Shown piece by piece: positions 38,141 through 49,331 of a DNA stretch of 64,000 nt. Origin of the DNA: Escherichia coli (GTDB taxonomy: Bacteria; Pseudomonadota; Gammaproteobacteria; Enterobacterales; Enterobacteriaceae); assembly GCF_003334335.1 (NCBI RefSeq), contig NZ_QOWQ01000027.1; one strand, written 5' to 3'. The first letter of the stretch is position 1; each line of letters opens with the position of its first letter. Under the pieces are notes generated by a model. That model had not been told where the DNA came from and did not search any database. It saw only the letters and a program-made list of their open reading frames with translations. Both the position numbers and the translations under genes were made by a program.

Positions 38141-40885
38141 GTGAATTTAACCCTGACCCGAAGACTCTGGATGGGCTTTGCCCTGATGGCGCTGTTAACC
38201 CTGACCAGTACCCTGGTGGGATGGTACAACCTGCGCTTTATCAGCCAGGTGGAAAAAGACAACACTCAGGCATTGATTCCTACCATGAATATGGCGCGCC
38301 AGTTGAGCGAAGCCAGCGCCTGGGAACTTTTCGCCGCGCAGAACCTGACCAGTGCCGATAACGAAAAGATGTGGCAGGCGCAGGGGCGAATGCTCACCGC
38401 ACAAAGCCTGAAGATTAATGCGTTGCTGCAAGCGTTACGGGAACAAGGTTTTGATACCACCGCTATTGAACAACAGGAGCAGGAGATCTCCCGTTCGTTA
38501 CGTCAGCAAGGGGAACTGGTGGGGCAGCGTTTGCAACTGCGCCAGCAACAACAGCAACTCAGTCAGCAGATAGTCGCTGCCGCCGATGAGATCGCACGCC
38601 TGGCGCAAGGTCAGGCGAATAATGCGGCAACCTCCGCCGGAGCGACCCAGGCCGGGATTTACGATTTGATCGAACAACATCAGCGTCAGGCTGCTGAAAG
38701 TGCACTCGATCGGCTGATTGATATCGATCTTGAGTATGTTAACCAGATGAATGAACTGCGCCTTAGCGCCCTGCGGGTGCAGCAAATGGTGATGAATCTG
38801 GGGCTGGAGCAGATCCAGAAAAATGCGCCAACGCTGGAAAAGCAGCTCAATAATGCGGTGAAAATTCTGCAACGTCGGCAAATACGCATTGAAGATCCGG
38901 GTGTTCGTGCGCAGGTCGCAACAACGTTAACTACCGTTAGCCAATATAGCGATTTGCTGGCGCTGTATCAGCAGGACAGTGAAATCAGCAATCGCCTGCA
39001 AACTCTCGCCCAAAATAACATCGCCCAGTTCGCGCAGTTTAGTAGCGAAGTCAGTCAGCTGGTCGACACCATTGAGCTGCGTAATCAGCACGGACTGGCG
39101 CATCTGGAAAAAGCCAGTGCACGCGGGCAATACAGCCTGTTATTGCTGGGGATGGTTTCACTTTGCGCACTGATTCTGATCCTCTGGCGCGTGGTTTATC
39201 GCTCAGTCACGCGTCCACTTGCCGAACAAACGCAGGCGCTGCAACGGCTGCTGGATGGTGATATTGACTCCCCTTTCCCGGAAACCGCTGGCGTACGGGA
39301 GCTGGATACCATCGGGCGGCTGATGGATGCGTTTCGCAGCAGTGTTCATGCACTGAATCGCCACCGCGAACAGCTGGCGGCGCAGGTCAAAGCGCGTACA
39401 GCTGAATTGCAGGAACTGGTGATAGAACACCGACAGGCACGGGCGGAAGCAGAAAAAGCCAGCCAGGCAAAATCGGCGTTTCTGGCGGCGATGAGCCATG
39501 AGATCCGCACACCGCTGTACGGTATTCTCGGCACCGCACAGCTACTGGCAGATAACCCCGCACTTAACGCCCAGAATGATGATTTGCGGGCAATTACTGA
39601 TTCTGGTGAATCGTTGCTGACCATCCTCAACGATATTCTCGATTATTCGGCTATCGAAGCAGGCGGCAAGAATGTTTCGGTCAGCGATGAACCCTTTGAA
39701 CCGCGCCCGCTGCTGGAAAGTACCCTGCAATTAATGAGCGGACGGGTGAAAGGTCGCCCGATTCGCCTGGCAACGGCAATTGCCGATGATGTACCGTGCG
39801 CGTTAATGGGCGATCCACGACGTATTCGTCAGGTTATAACCAACCTGTTGAGCAACGCCCTGCGTTTTACTGACGAAGGGTACATTATCCTGCGTAGCCG
39901 CACTGATGGCGAGCAATGGCTGGTCGAAGTGGAAGACAGCGGCTGCGGTATTGATCCCGCGAAACTGGCAGAAATCTTCCAGCCATTTGTGCAGGTAAGC
40001 GGCAAACGCGGCGGCACCGGGCTGGGGCTGACTATCAGTAGCCGTCTGGCCCAGGCGATGGGCGGCGAACTGAGCGCCACCAGCACGCCGGAGGTTGGAA
40101 GCTGTTTTTGTTTACGCTTGCCGTTACGTGTTGCCACGGCACCCGTGCCAAAAACAGCCAATCAGGCGGTGCGTCTGGACGGTTTACGTTTGCTGTTAAT
40201 TGAAGATAACCCGCTAACCCAGCGAATTACCGTTGAGATGCTGAACACCAGTGGTGCGCAGATTGTTGCTGTTGGCAATGCCGCGCAGGCTTTAGAGACA
40301 CTGCAAAATAGCGAACCGTTTGCTGCCGCACTGGTGGATTTTGATCTGCCGGATGTCGACGGCATTACGCTTGCCCGACAACTGGCACAGCAATATCCGT
40401 CGCTGGTTTTGATTGGCTTTAGCGCCCATGTCATTGACGAAACGCTGCGCCAGCGTACCAGTTCATTATTCCGCGGGATTATCCCTAAACCGGTGCCGCG
40501 TGAAGTGCTCGGTCAGTTACTGGCGCACTATCTCCAACTGCAAGACAATACCGATCAATCGCTGGATGTATCGCAACTCAATGAAGATGCTCAGTTAATG
40601 GGGACGGAGAAGATCCACGAATGGCTGGTATTATTTACACAACATGCCCTGCCGCTTCTCGATGAAATCGACATTGCCCGCGCCAGTCAGGATAGCGAGA
40701 AAATAAAGCGTGCCGCGCATCAGCTAAAAAGCAGTTGCTCGAGTCTGGGAATGCGTATCGCCAGCCAGCTATGCGCACAACTGGAGCAGCAGCCATTATC
40801 TGCCCCCCTTCCACACGAAGAAATTACACGCAGTGTTGCCGCTCTTGAAGCATGGTTGCATAAGAAAGACCTGAACGCGATTTGA
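38141..40885 (+). CDS. torS: Hybrid sensor kinase (HisKA/HATPase, receiver, HPt), 914 aa
   Basis: ORF track; H-box [12 protein letters not shown]-terminal receiver and HPt. Confidence 0.95.
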   Translation: MNLTLTRRLWMGFALMALLTLTSTLVGWYNLRFISQVEKDNTQALIPTMNMARQLSEASAWELFAAQNLTSADNEKMWQAQGRMLTAQSLKINALLQALREQGFDTTAIEQQEQEISRSLRQQGELVGQRLQLRQQQQQLSQQIVAAADEIARLAQGQANNAATSAGATQAGIYDLIEQHQRQAAESALDRLIDIDLEYVNQMNELRLSALRVQQMVMNLGLEQIQKNAPTLEKQLNNAVKILQRRQIRIEDPGVRAQVATTLTTVSQYSDLLALYQQDSEISNRLQTLAQNNIAQFAQFSSEVSQLVDTIELRNQHGLAHLEKASARGQYSLLLLGMVSLCALILILWRVVYRSVTRPLAEQTQALQRLLDGDIDSPFPETAGVRELDTIGRLMDAFRSSVHALNRHREQLAAQVKARTAELQELVIEHRQARAEAEKASQAKSAFLAAMSHEIRTPLYGILGTAQLLADNPALNAQNDDLRAITDSGESLLTILNDILDYSAIEAGGKNVSVSDEPFEPRPLLESTLQLMSGRVKGRPIRLATAIADDVPCALMGDPRRIRQVITNLLSNALRFTDEGYIILRSRTDGEQWLVEVEDSGCGIDPAKLAEIFQPFVQVSGKRGGTGLGLTISSRLAQAMGGELSATSTPEVGSCFCLRLPLRVATAPVPKTANQAVRLDGLRLLLIEDNPLTQRITVEMLNTSGAQIVAVGNAAQALETLQNSEPFAAALVDFDLPDVDGITLARQLAQQYPSLVLIGFSAHVIDETLRQRTSSLFRGIIPKPVPREVLGQLLAHYLQLQDNTDQSLDVSQLNEDAQLMGTEKIHEWLVLFTQHALPLLDEIDIARASQDSEKIKRAAHQLKSSCSSLGMRIASQLCAQLEQQPLSAPLPHEEITRSVAALEAWLHKKDLNAI

Positions 40886-40956
40886 ATCAATATCAGCCAG
40901 TTAAGAACAACTAGAATAGTGGTATTTGGTATGCAACTTAACGGACTGGCAAAATC

Positions 40957-42030
40957 ATGGCAAAGAAAAAAAGAACCCGCTGGCAGCGGCGGCCAGGCAC
41001 GACGGGCGGCAAATTACCGTGGAATGACTGGCGCAATGCCACGACCTGGCGTAAAGCGACGCAATTATTACTGTTGGCAATGAATATTTATATTGCCATC
41101 ACGTTCTGGTATTGGGTGCGCTATTACGAAACGGCAAGTAGCACGACATTTGTCGCCAGACCGGGAGGTATCGAAGGCTGGCTACCGATTGCCGGTCTGA
41201 TGAATCTGAAATATAGCCTTGCAACAGGTCAGTTACCGTCCGTCCACGCCGCCGCGATGCTGTTATTGGTCGCTTTTATCGTCATCAGTCTATTACTCAA
41301 AAAGGCCTTTTGCTCATGGTTATGCCCGGTTGGTACGCTTTCTGAATTAATCGGCGCTCTCGGTAACAAACTATTTGGTCGGCAATGTGTCCTTCCCCGC
41401 TGGCTGGATATTCCTCTGCGCGGCGTAAAGTATTTGCTGTTGAGTTTTTTTCTCTATATCGCGTTATTGATGCCCGCTCAGGCGATTCACTATTTTATGT
41501 TGTCGCCCTACAGCGTGGTGATGGACGTTAAAATGCTCGATTTCTTTCGTCATATGGGGACCGCGACATTAATCAGCGTGACCGTTTTGCTGATTGCCAG
41601 CCTGTTTATTCGCCATGCCTGGTGTCGTTATCTTTGCCCATATGGCGCGCTGATGGGCGTGGTTTCGCTATTATCGCCGTTTAAGATTCGTCGCAATGCC
41701 GAAAGTTGTATCGACTGTGGCAAATGCGCAAAAAATTGCCCATCACGGATCCCGGTCGATAAATTAATTCAGGTACGAACAGTGGAATGTACCGGCTGTA
41801 TGACTTGCGTAGAGTCATGTCCGGTAGCCTCAACATTGACCTTTTCACTGCAAAAACCTGCGGCAAATAAAAAAGCCTTTGCGTTGTCTGGCTGGTTAAT
41901 GACGCTACTGGTTCTGGGGATTATGTTTGCGGTGATTGGTTACGCAATGTATGCGGGAGTATGGCAAAGCCCGGTGCCGGAGGAATTGTACCGACGCTTA
42001 ATTCCACAAGCGCCAATGATTGGTCACTAA
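40957..42030 (+). CDS. yccM: Membrane-bound polyferredoxin-like protein (two CxxCxxCxxxCP motifs), 357 aa
   Basis: ORF track; 4Fe-4S cluster motifs CIDCGKCAKNCP and CTGCMTCVESCP. Confidence 0.85.
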   Translation: MAKKKRTRWQRRPGTTGGKLPWNDWRNATTWRKATQLLLLAMNIYIAITFWYWVRYYETASSTTFVARPGGIEGWLPIAGLMNLKYSLATGQLPSVHAAAMLLLVAFIVISLLLKKAFCSWLCPVGTLSELIGALGNKLFGRQCVLPRWLDIPLRGVKYLLLSFFLYIALLMPAQAIHYFMLSPYSVVMDVKMLDFFRHMGTATLISVTVLLIASLFIRHAWCRYLCPYGALMGVVSLLSPFKIRRNAESCIDCGKCAKNCPSRIPVDKLIQVRTVECTGCMTCVESCPVASTLTFSLQKPAANKKAFALSGWLMTLLVLGIMFAVIGYAMYAGVWQSPVPEELYRRLIPQAPMIGH

Positions 42031-42078
42031 ATTAGCAACAAGCGGAACATCACCTCGCACGGGGTGATGTTCACAAAA

Positions 42079-42252
42079 TCACATTATTTTGATTTTGACA
42101 TCATAACTTTCAAGCCCGGTCATTTTTTCTCGTGCGGTGAAGCGAATTTCAGAGACTTCTTTCCCTGTATTCTTGTTCAGCTCGGCGATTTTTTGCGCGA
42201 TAAAGTCGGCGATTTCCGTTTCGGCTTGTTTTTTTAACTCTTCAATATTCAC
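42079..42252 (-). CDS. gnsA: Small protein GnsA (57 aa), GTG start
   Basis: Below the ORF-track length cutoff; hand-translated reverse strand gives MNIEELKKQAETEIADFIAQKIAELNKNTGKEVSEIRFTAREKMTGLESYDVKIKIM with GAGGT SD. Confidence 0.7.
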   Translation of the reverse strand: MNIEELKKQAETEIADFIAQKIAELNKNTGKEVSEIRFTAREKMTGLESYDVKIKIM

Positions 42253-42472
42253 TGTTAACCTCTTCTGGTCTTAAAAGACAGCAACACGCCAGTAAGGTGT
42301 TGGTTCCCGGTACCCTGGTCAGGTAAGAAATGTTATAAGCCATCTCCCCGAAAGATTCAATAATCAACAGGTTATCGCTTACTATACATACAGCGTTGAA
42401 GAAAAATAAGGCAGATATAAAAAAGGCTCCACGAGGGAGCCTGATATTATTTTGTGAAATCCAGCGGCGCAT
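42242..42472 (-). CDS. ymcE: Small uncharacterised protein, 76 aa
   Basis: ORF track 42242..42505; start set at MRRWISQNNIRL. Confidence 0.6.
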   Translation of the reverse strand: MRRWISQNNIRLPRGAFFISALFFFNAVCIVSDNLLIIESFGEMAYNISYLTRVPGTNTLLACCCLLRPEEVNSEY

Positions 42473-42645
42473 GGTCAGTGCGTATTTGCAGCACGACGTT
42501 ATCAAAGGTGATCATCGTCGATTTACAAAAAATACACTTAGCGCCCAAAGGGTTTCGCTCCGTCACATCGAATGCCGATGTGCGGTACTGTGAACCATGA
42601 CAACATGGACAGCGGAAATGGAGATGTTGAGTAATAATGGCAACC

Positions 42646-42858
42646 TTAGAGCGTAACAACGTTCGCTGCCGCGGGGCCACGTTGCCCCTGCTCAATAGAA
42701 AATTCAACTTTCTGATTTTCGTTCAGCGTGCGGAATTCATTGCTCTGGATGGCGGTGAAATGGACGAAAACGTCTTTGCTGCCATCATCAGGAGTGATAA
42801 AGCCAAAACCTTTATCTGCGTTAAACCATTTTACTAAACCAGTCATTTTATTAGACAT
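42646..42858 (-). CDS. cspG: Cold-shock protein CspA family, 70 aa
   Basis: ORF track; [21 protein letters not shown]. Confidence 0.95.
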   Translation of the reverse strand: MSNKMTGLVKWFNADKGFGFITPDDGSKDVFVHFTAIQSNEFRTLNENQKVEFSIEQGQRGPAAANVVTL

Positions 42859-43143
42859 ATTTTACTTCCTTCATTTTGGGCCTTTCGGCAAACAGGGCTT
42901 TAATACAGAAACTACTTAGTGTTCAGGAGAGAGACTCAAAAGAAGGGGATAATGCCTGATAATGAGAACTGCTTTAGTAAACTACTTTGTATGCTGTCTG
43001 TCTTTCAAACCGACGCAGCTATTAACGCATGATAATTGAGATTAAGCAAATTTTATTTTAGCCGTCCGGCGGTCTTAAATATCGCTGGCTTTATTTTATT
43101 AACCCCGTATAGTGCAGCGCAGTATTTTCAGTAAGGAATTTGT

Positions 43144-43356
43144 TTGTCCCGTAAAATGACAGGAATTGTCAAAACCTTTGATCGCAAAAGCGGCAAAGGA
43201 TTCATTATCCCCTCCGACGGTCGTAAAGAAGTTCAGGTCCATATTTCCGCATTCACTCCCCGCGACGCAGAAGTGCTTATACCAGGATTACGTGTGGAAT
43301 TTTGCCGCGTAAATGGCCTGCGAGGACCAACAGCGGCAAATGTTTATCTCTCTTAA
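43144..43356 (+). CDS. cspH: Cold-shock-like protein, 70 aa, TTG start
   Basis: ORF track; [21 protein letters not shown]. Confidence 0.9.
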
Positions 43357-43797
43357 TATGACGCTGCTTGTTTAAAGCTGACTGGTTTTATTGGAATAGT
43401 GCAATAGTCAACATCATACATTATAACATCAGTTACTTTTCCACAAAGAAACTAATCCATTTAAGCGAATATCTCTGCACCTAATAGTTACAAATGCCAT
43501 TTAACAGCCAGTTATAGTACCACTTGAAACTATATTACCAACAATAATTAATAGCTTTCGTAACAATTTCCTTATCTTTAATTTGTATTTTGCTAAGATT
43601 TATCTTATGCTCACAAGTCGTATTTCCAGAGGGGGATAGTTAACAATCTTATATTTCCCTCTGCGCGCCTTTCCTACCCGCAGTATATAGTGCAAGCGGT
43701 ATGAGGAAAGGGAGATTTCACAAGGATGTTATACTCAAAGTAGACAATCCTGATCTCAAGCGTACGTATTGTCCATGCGATGAATAAAGGAAAAGTT

Positions 43798-44103
43798 ATG
43801 AAACACAAGCTTTCTGCAATCCTTATGGCCTTCATGTTGACGACGCCAGCTGCGTTTGCTGCCCCTGAAGCAACAAACGGGACCGAGGCAACGACGGGTA
43901 CTACTGGCACCACAACGACCACTACCGGCGCAACCACGACTGCTACTACCACTGGTGGCGTGGCTGCTGGCGCTGTCGGCACGGCGACAGTTGTCGGTGT
44001 GGCAACGGCTGTTGGTGTGGCGACGTTGGCAGTTGTTGCAGCAAATGACAGTGGCGATGGCGGTTCTCATAACACCTCAACCACCACGTCCACTACACGC
44101 TAA
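43798..44103 (+). CDS. gfcA: Threonine-rich small membrane protein of the group 4 capsule operon, 101 aa
   Basis: ORF track 43780..44103; start set at MKHKLSAILMAF; Thr/Gly/Ala-rich low-complexity body. Confidence 0.85.
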   Translation: MKHKLSAILMAFMLTTPAAFAAPEATNGTEATTGTTGTTTTTTGATTTATTTGGVAAGAVGTATVVGVATAVGVATLAVVAANDSGDGGSHNTSTTTSTTR

Positions 44104-44209
44104 TACCGCTTTAACGCGTCGAAATTAAAGTTAAATGATACCCGGTTGCGATATTCGTACCGGGCTTTAGAGATTTGCATTTTTTTAATTAACCTTTCAA
44201 GGATTAAAG

Positions 44210-44854
44210 GTGCGCCCTCTTATTTTATCGATTTTCGCACTATTTCTTGCGGGATGTACGCACAGCCAGCAAAGTATGGTCGATACATTTCGCGCCAGCC
44301 TTTTCGATAATCAGGATATCACCGTAGCGGATCAGCAGATCCAGGCGTTGCCTTATTCCACTATGTATTTACGCCTTAATGAAGGGCAACGAATCTTTGT
44401 GGTACTGGGATATATAGAACAAGAACAAAGCAAATGGTTATCCCAGGATAACGCCATGCTGGTTACCCACAATGGACGTCTTTTAAAAACCGTCAAACTT
44501 AATAATAATCTGCTGGAAGTGACAAATTCCGGGCAGGACCCTCTGCGTAACGCGCTGGCAATAAAAGATGGCAGCCGCTGGACGCGCGATATTCTCTGGA
44601 GTGAAGACAACCATTTTCGCTCTGCGACCCTGAGTTCTACTTTTTCCTTTGCTGGATTAGAGACGCTGAATATTGCGGGTCGCAATGTGCTGTGTAATGT
44701 CTGGCAGGAAGAGGTGACTTCCACGCGGCCAGAAAAACAGTGGCAAAACACATTCTGGGTCGATTCGGCTACTGGCCAGGTTCGTCAAAGTCGGCAAATG
44801 TTAGGCGCAGGGGTTATTCCCGTAGAAATGACGTTTCTTAAACCCGCACCATGA
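44210..44854 (+). CDS. gfcB: Group 4 capsule lipoprotein, 214 aa
   Basis: ORF track; lipobox LAGC. Confidence 0.9.
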   Translation: MRPLILSIFALFLAGCTHSQQSMVDTFRASLFDNQDITVADQQIQALPYSTMYLRLNEGQRIFVVLGYIEQEQSKWLSQDNAMLVTHNGRLLKTVKLNNNLLEVTNSGQDPLRNALAIKDGSRWTRDILWSEDNHFRSATLSSTFSFAGLETLNIAGRNVLCNVWQEEVTSTRPEKQWQNTFWVDSATGQVRQSRQMLGAGVIPVEMTFLKPAP

Positions 44855-45597
44855 ATAAATTACAGTCGTATTTCATTGCCAGCGTACTTTACGTAATGAC
44901 ACCCCATGCCTTTGCGCAAGGAACGGTGACTATTTATCTGCCTGGCGAACAACAGACACTTTCCGTTGGCCCCGTGGAAAATGTTGTCCAGTTGGTGACA
45001 CAACCGCAACTGCGCGATCGCCTCTGGTGGCCTGGTGCCTTGCTGACCGACTCTGCGGCGAAAGCTAAAGCGCTTAAAGACTACCAACATGTCATGGCAC
45101 AGCTTGCTTCCTGGGAAGCAGAAGCTGACGACGATGTGGCGGCAACGATTAAATCCGTGCGCCAGCAGTTACTCAATCTCAATATCACTGGTCGCTTACC
45201 GGTCAAACTGGACCCTGATTTTGTACGAGTGGATGAGAACAGCAATCCCCCGTTGGTCGGGGACTATACGCTCTATACCGTACAGCGTCCGGTGACTATT
45301 ACTCTGCTGGGTGCGGTTTCTGGGGCCGGGCAATTGCCCTGGCAGGCAGGCCGTAGCGTTACCGATTATCTGCAAGATCACCCCCGCCTTGCAGGCGCGG
45401 ACAAGAATAACGTTATGGTGATTACGCCTGAGGGTGAGACTGTCGTCGCCCCTGTTGCCCTGTGGAATAAAAGACATGTGGAACCACCGCCTGGCAGCCA
45501 GCTTTGGTTGGGCTTTTCTGCGCATGTACTGCCCGAAAAATATGCTGATTTAAATGACCAGATTGTGTCTGTTTTAACGCAACGTGTTCCTGACTGA
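44851..45597 (+). CDS. gfcC: Group 4 capsule periplasmic protein, 248 aa
   Basis: ORF track; signal peptide. Confidence 0.9.
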
Positions 45598-47693
45598 TGA
45601 AGAAGAATTCTTATCTTTTAAGCTGCCTGGCCATTGCCGTCTCCAGTGCCTGTCATGCTGAAGTATTAACCTACCCGGATCCGCTGGGTTCGTCGCAATC
45701 AGACTTTGGCGGCACAGGATTGTTGCAGATGCCAAATGCGCGCATCGCACCGGAAGGTGAATTCAGCGTCAACTACCGGGATAACGATCAATACCGGTTC
45801 TACTCCACCTCCGTGGCGCTGTTCCCATGGCTGGAAGGCACCATTCGTTATACGGATGTGCGCACACGCAAATATAGCCAGTGGGAAGATTTCAGCGGCG
45901 ATCAGTCATACAAAGACAAATCATTCGATTTTAAACTTCGCCTGTGGGAAGAAGGTTACTGGCTACCGCAAGTGGCGTTTGGTAAACGTGATATTGCTGG
46001 TACGGGTCTGTTTGACGGTGAGTATCTGGTGGCCAGCAAGCAAGCGGGGCCATTTGATTTCACCCTCGGGATGGCATGGGGCTACGCCGGTAATGCGGGC
46101 AATATTACCAACCCGTTTTGCCGGGTGAGCGATAAATATTGTCATCGCGCAGAGTCTCACGATGCGGGCGATATCAGCTTTAGCGATATCTTTCGTGGCC
46201 CGGCTTCCATCTTTGGCGGCATTGAGTATCAAACGCCGTGGAATCCCCTGCGTCTGAAACTCGAATACGATGGAAACAATTACCAGAATGATTTCGCTGG
46301 CAAACTGCCTCAGGCAAGCCATTTCAACGTCGGCGCAGTTTATCGCGCTGCCAGCTGGGCAGATCTCAACCTGAGTTATGAACGCGGTAACACGTTGATG
46401 TTTGGCTTCACGTTACGGACCAATTTCAACGATCTGCGCCCTGCCCTGCGCGATACGCCAAAACCGGCATATCAACCTGCGCCTGAATCTGAAGGATTGC
46501 AGTACACCACGGTAGCAAACCAACTTACCGCCCTGAAGTATAACGCGGGCTTTGACGCGCCAGAAATTCAGCTACGCGATAAGACACTGTATATGTCTGG
46601 TCAGCAATACAAATACCGTGACTCTCGTGAAGCGGTCGATCGTGCCAACCGGATTCTGGTGAATAACCTGCCGCAAGGCGTTGAGAAGATTAGCGTGACG
46701 CAAAAGCGCGAGCATATGGCGATGGTGACTACCGAAACCGACGTAGCCAGCCTGCGCAAACAGCTGGCAGGTACAGCGCCTGGTCAATCAGAGCCACTGC
46801 AACAACAACGTGTTGAAGCTGAAGATCTTTCTGCCTTTGGTCGGGGCTACCGTATTCGTGAAGATCGCTTTAGCTACTCTTTCAACCCAACACTTTCACA
46901 GTCGCTGGGCGGCCCGGAAGATTTCTATATGTTCCAGCTGGGGCTGATGTCCAGTGCCCGCTACTGGTTTACCGACCACCTGCTGCTTGATGGCGGTATT
47001 TTCACCAATATTTACAACAACTACGACAAGTTTAAGTCTTCGCTGTTGCCCGCGGACTCTACCCTGCCCCGCGTGCGCACGCATATCCGTGACTACGTTC
47101 GCAATGACGTTTATCTCAACAACTTGCAGGCGAACTATTTTGCTGACTTAGGCAATGGTTTCTATGGCCAGGTGTATGGCGGTTATCTGGAAACGATGTA
47201 CGCCGGTGTCGGTTCCGAGCTGCTTTATCGCCCGCTAGATGCCTGCTGGGCGCTGGGTGTGGACGTTAACTACGTGAAGCAACGTGACTGGGACAACATG
47301 ATGCGTTTCACCGATTATTCCACGCCAACAGGTTTCGTGACGGCTTACTGGAACCCGCCGACGCTCAATGGCGTACTGATGAAACTTAGCGTTGGGCAAT
47401 ATCTGGCAAAAGATAAAGGCGCAACGATCGACGTCGCCAAACGCTTTGACAGCGGCGTGGCGGTAGGGGTATGGGCGGCAATCAGTAACGTATCTAAAGA
47501 TGACTACGGCGAAGGCGGCTTTAGTAAAGGTTTTTATATCTCGATTCCATTCGACTTGATGACCATTGGACCTAACCGCAACCGCGCGGTGGTTTCGTGG
47601 ACACCATTGACGCGTGATGGTGGACAAATGCTGTCACGCAAATACCAGCTCTATCCAATGACGGCAGAGCGAGAAGTACCGGTTGGACAATAA
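45597..47693 (+). CDS. gfcD: Group 4 capsule outer-membrane beta-barrel lipoprotein, 698 aa
   Basis: ORF track; signal peptide and beta-rich sequence. Confidence 0.9.
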
Positions 47694-47738
47694 CCTGACG
47701 TAATTCATAACATTACATTGACTGATAAATATAAACCA

Positions 47739-48878
47739 ATGAAAAAGAACATTTTTAAGTTTTCGGTACTGACATTGGCTGTTCTGTCTTTGACAGCATG
47801 TACCCTTGTTCCTGGTCAGAATTTATCGACCAGTAACAAGGATGTCATTGAACTACCTGACAATCAGTATGACCTGGACAAAATGGTCAATATCTATCCC
47901 GTCACGCCAGGATTGATTGATCAGTTGCGCGCCAAACCGATTATGTCGCAGGCTAACCCGGAGCTGGAGCAGCAAATCGCAAACTATGAATATCGTATCG
48001 GGATTGGTGATGTGTTGATGGTTACGGTCTGGGATCACCCGGAACTAACCACCCCCGCAGGGCAATACCGTAGCGCCAGTGATACCGGCAACTGGGTTAA
48101 CGCCGATGGTGCGATTTTCTACCCCTATATTGGTCGCCTGAAAGTGGCCGGGAAAACACTTACCCAGGTACGCAACGAGATTACAGCGCGTCTCGATTCA
48201 GTCATTGAAAGCCCGCAAGTCGATGTCAGCGTCGCGGCGTTCCGATCGCAAAAAGCGTACGTCACCGGCGAAGTCAGCAAATCGGGTCAGCAGCCGATTA
48301 CCAATATTCCTCTGACCATCATGGATGCGATTAACGCCGCGGGCGGTCTGACCGCAGATGCAGACTGGCGCAACGTGGTGCTCACCCAGAATGGCGTAAA
48401 GACCAAAGTGAACCTCTATGCGCTGATGCAGCGTGGCGACTTGCGCCAGAACAAACTGCTGCACCCGGGCGATATTTTATTTATTCCGCGCAACGATGAT
48501 CTGAAAGTCTTCGTGATGGGTGAAGTGGGTAAACAGAGCACGCTGAAAATGGACCGCAGCGGTATGACCCTGGCGGAAGCGCTGGGTAACGCTGAGGGTA
48601 TGAATCAGGATGTCGCTGATGCGACGGGGATTTTTGTTATTCGTGCAACGCAAAACAAGCAGAATGGCAAAATCGCCAATATTTATCAGCTGAATGCGAA
48701 GGACGCATCGGCAATGATACTCGGAACGGAATTCCAGCTTGAACCTTACGACATTGTTTATGTCACTACCGCGCCGCTGGCTCGTTGGAACCGTGTGATT
48801 TCTCTGCTGGTACCGACGATTTCCGGGGTGCATGACCTGACAGAGACTTCACGGTGGATTCAAACATGGCCCAACTAA
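47739..48878 (+). CDS. gfcE: Wza-like outer-membrane polysaccharide export lipoprotein, 379 aa
   Basis: ORF track 47718..48878; start set at [14 protein letters not shown]; lipobox LTAC. Confidence 0.9.
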
Positions 48879-49312
48879 AATTTAACTCAATCCTGGTGGT
48901 TTGTACCGGCAACATTTGCCGTTCGCCCATTGGCGAGCGCTTGCTGCGTAAACGTCTGCCGGGCGTAAAAGTCAAATCGGCAGGTGTTCATGGTCTGGTA
49001 AAACACCCTGCAGATGCGACAGCGGCAGATGTTGCCGCTAATCATGGCGTATCTCTTGAAGGACATGCCGGACGTAAGCTCACTGCTGAGATGGCACGAA
49101 ATTACGATCTGATTCTGGCAATGGAGTCGGAACATATTGCTCAGGTTACCGCAATTGCTCCCGAGGTCCGCGGGAAGACAATGCTGTTTGGGCAATGGCT
49201 GGAACAGAAAGAGATCCCGGATCCCTATCGTAAAAGTCAGGACGCATTTGAACATGTCTACGGTATGTTGGAGCGCGCCAGTCAGGAATGGGCGAAGCGC
49301 CTCAGCCGGTAA
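48866..49312 (+). CDS. etp: Low-molecular-weight protein-tyrosine phosphatase (CX5R motif CTGNICRS), 148 aa
   Basis: ORF track 48854..49312; start set at [21 protein letters not shown]. Confidence 0.9.
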
Positions 49313-49331
49313 TTTGAGTTTATAAAATACG

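Noticed and set aside
42447-42707. Possible ymcF small gene between ymcE and cspG
   Set aside because: The track ORF overlaps the cspG 3' end and I cannot place a supported start codon for a short product from sequence alone; left unannotated.
43860-44100. Low-complexity ACC/ACT/GGC-rich repeat region that could be mistaken for a tandem repeat or CRISPR-like array
   Set aside because: It is the coding sequence of the Thr/Gly/Ala-rich GfcA protein; no spacer-repeat periodicity.
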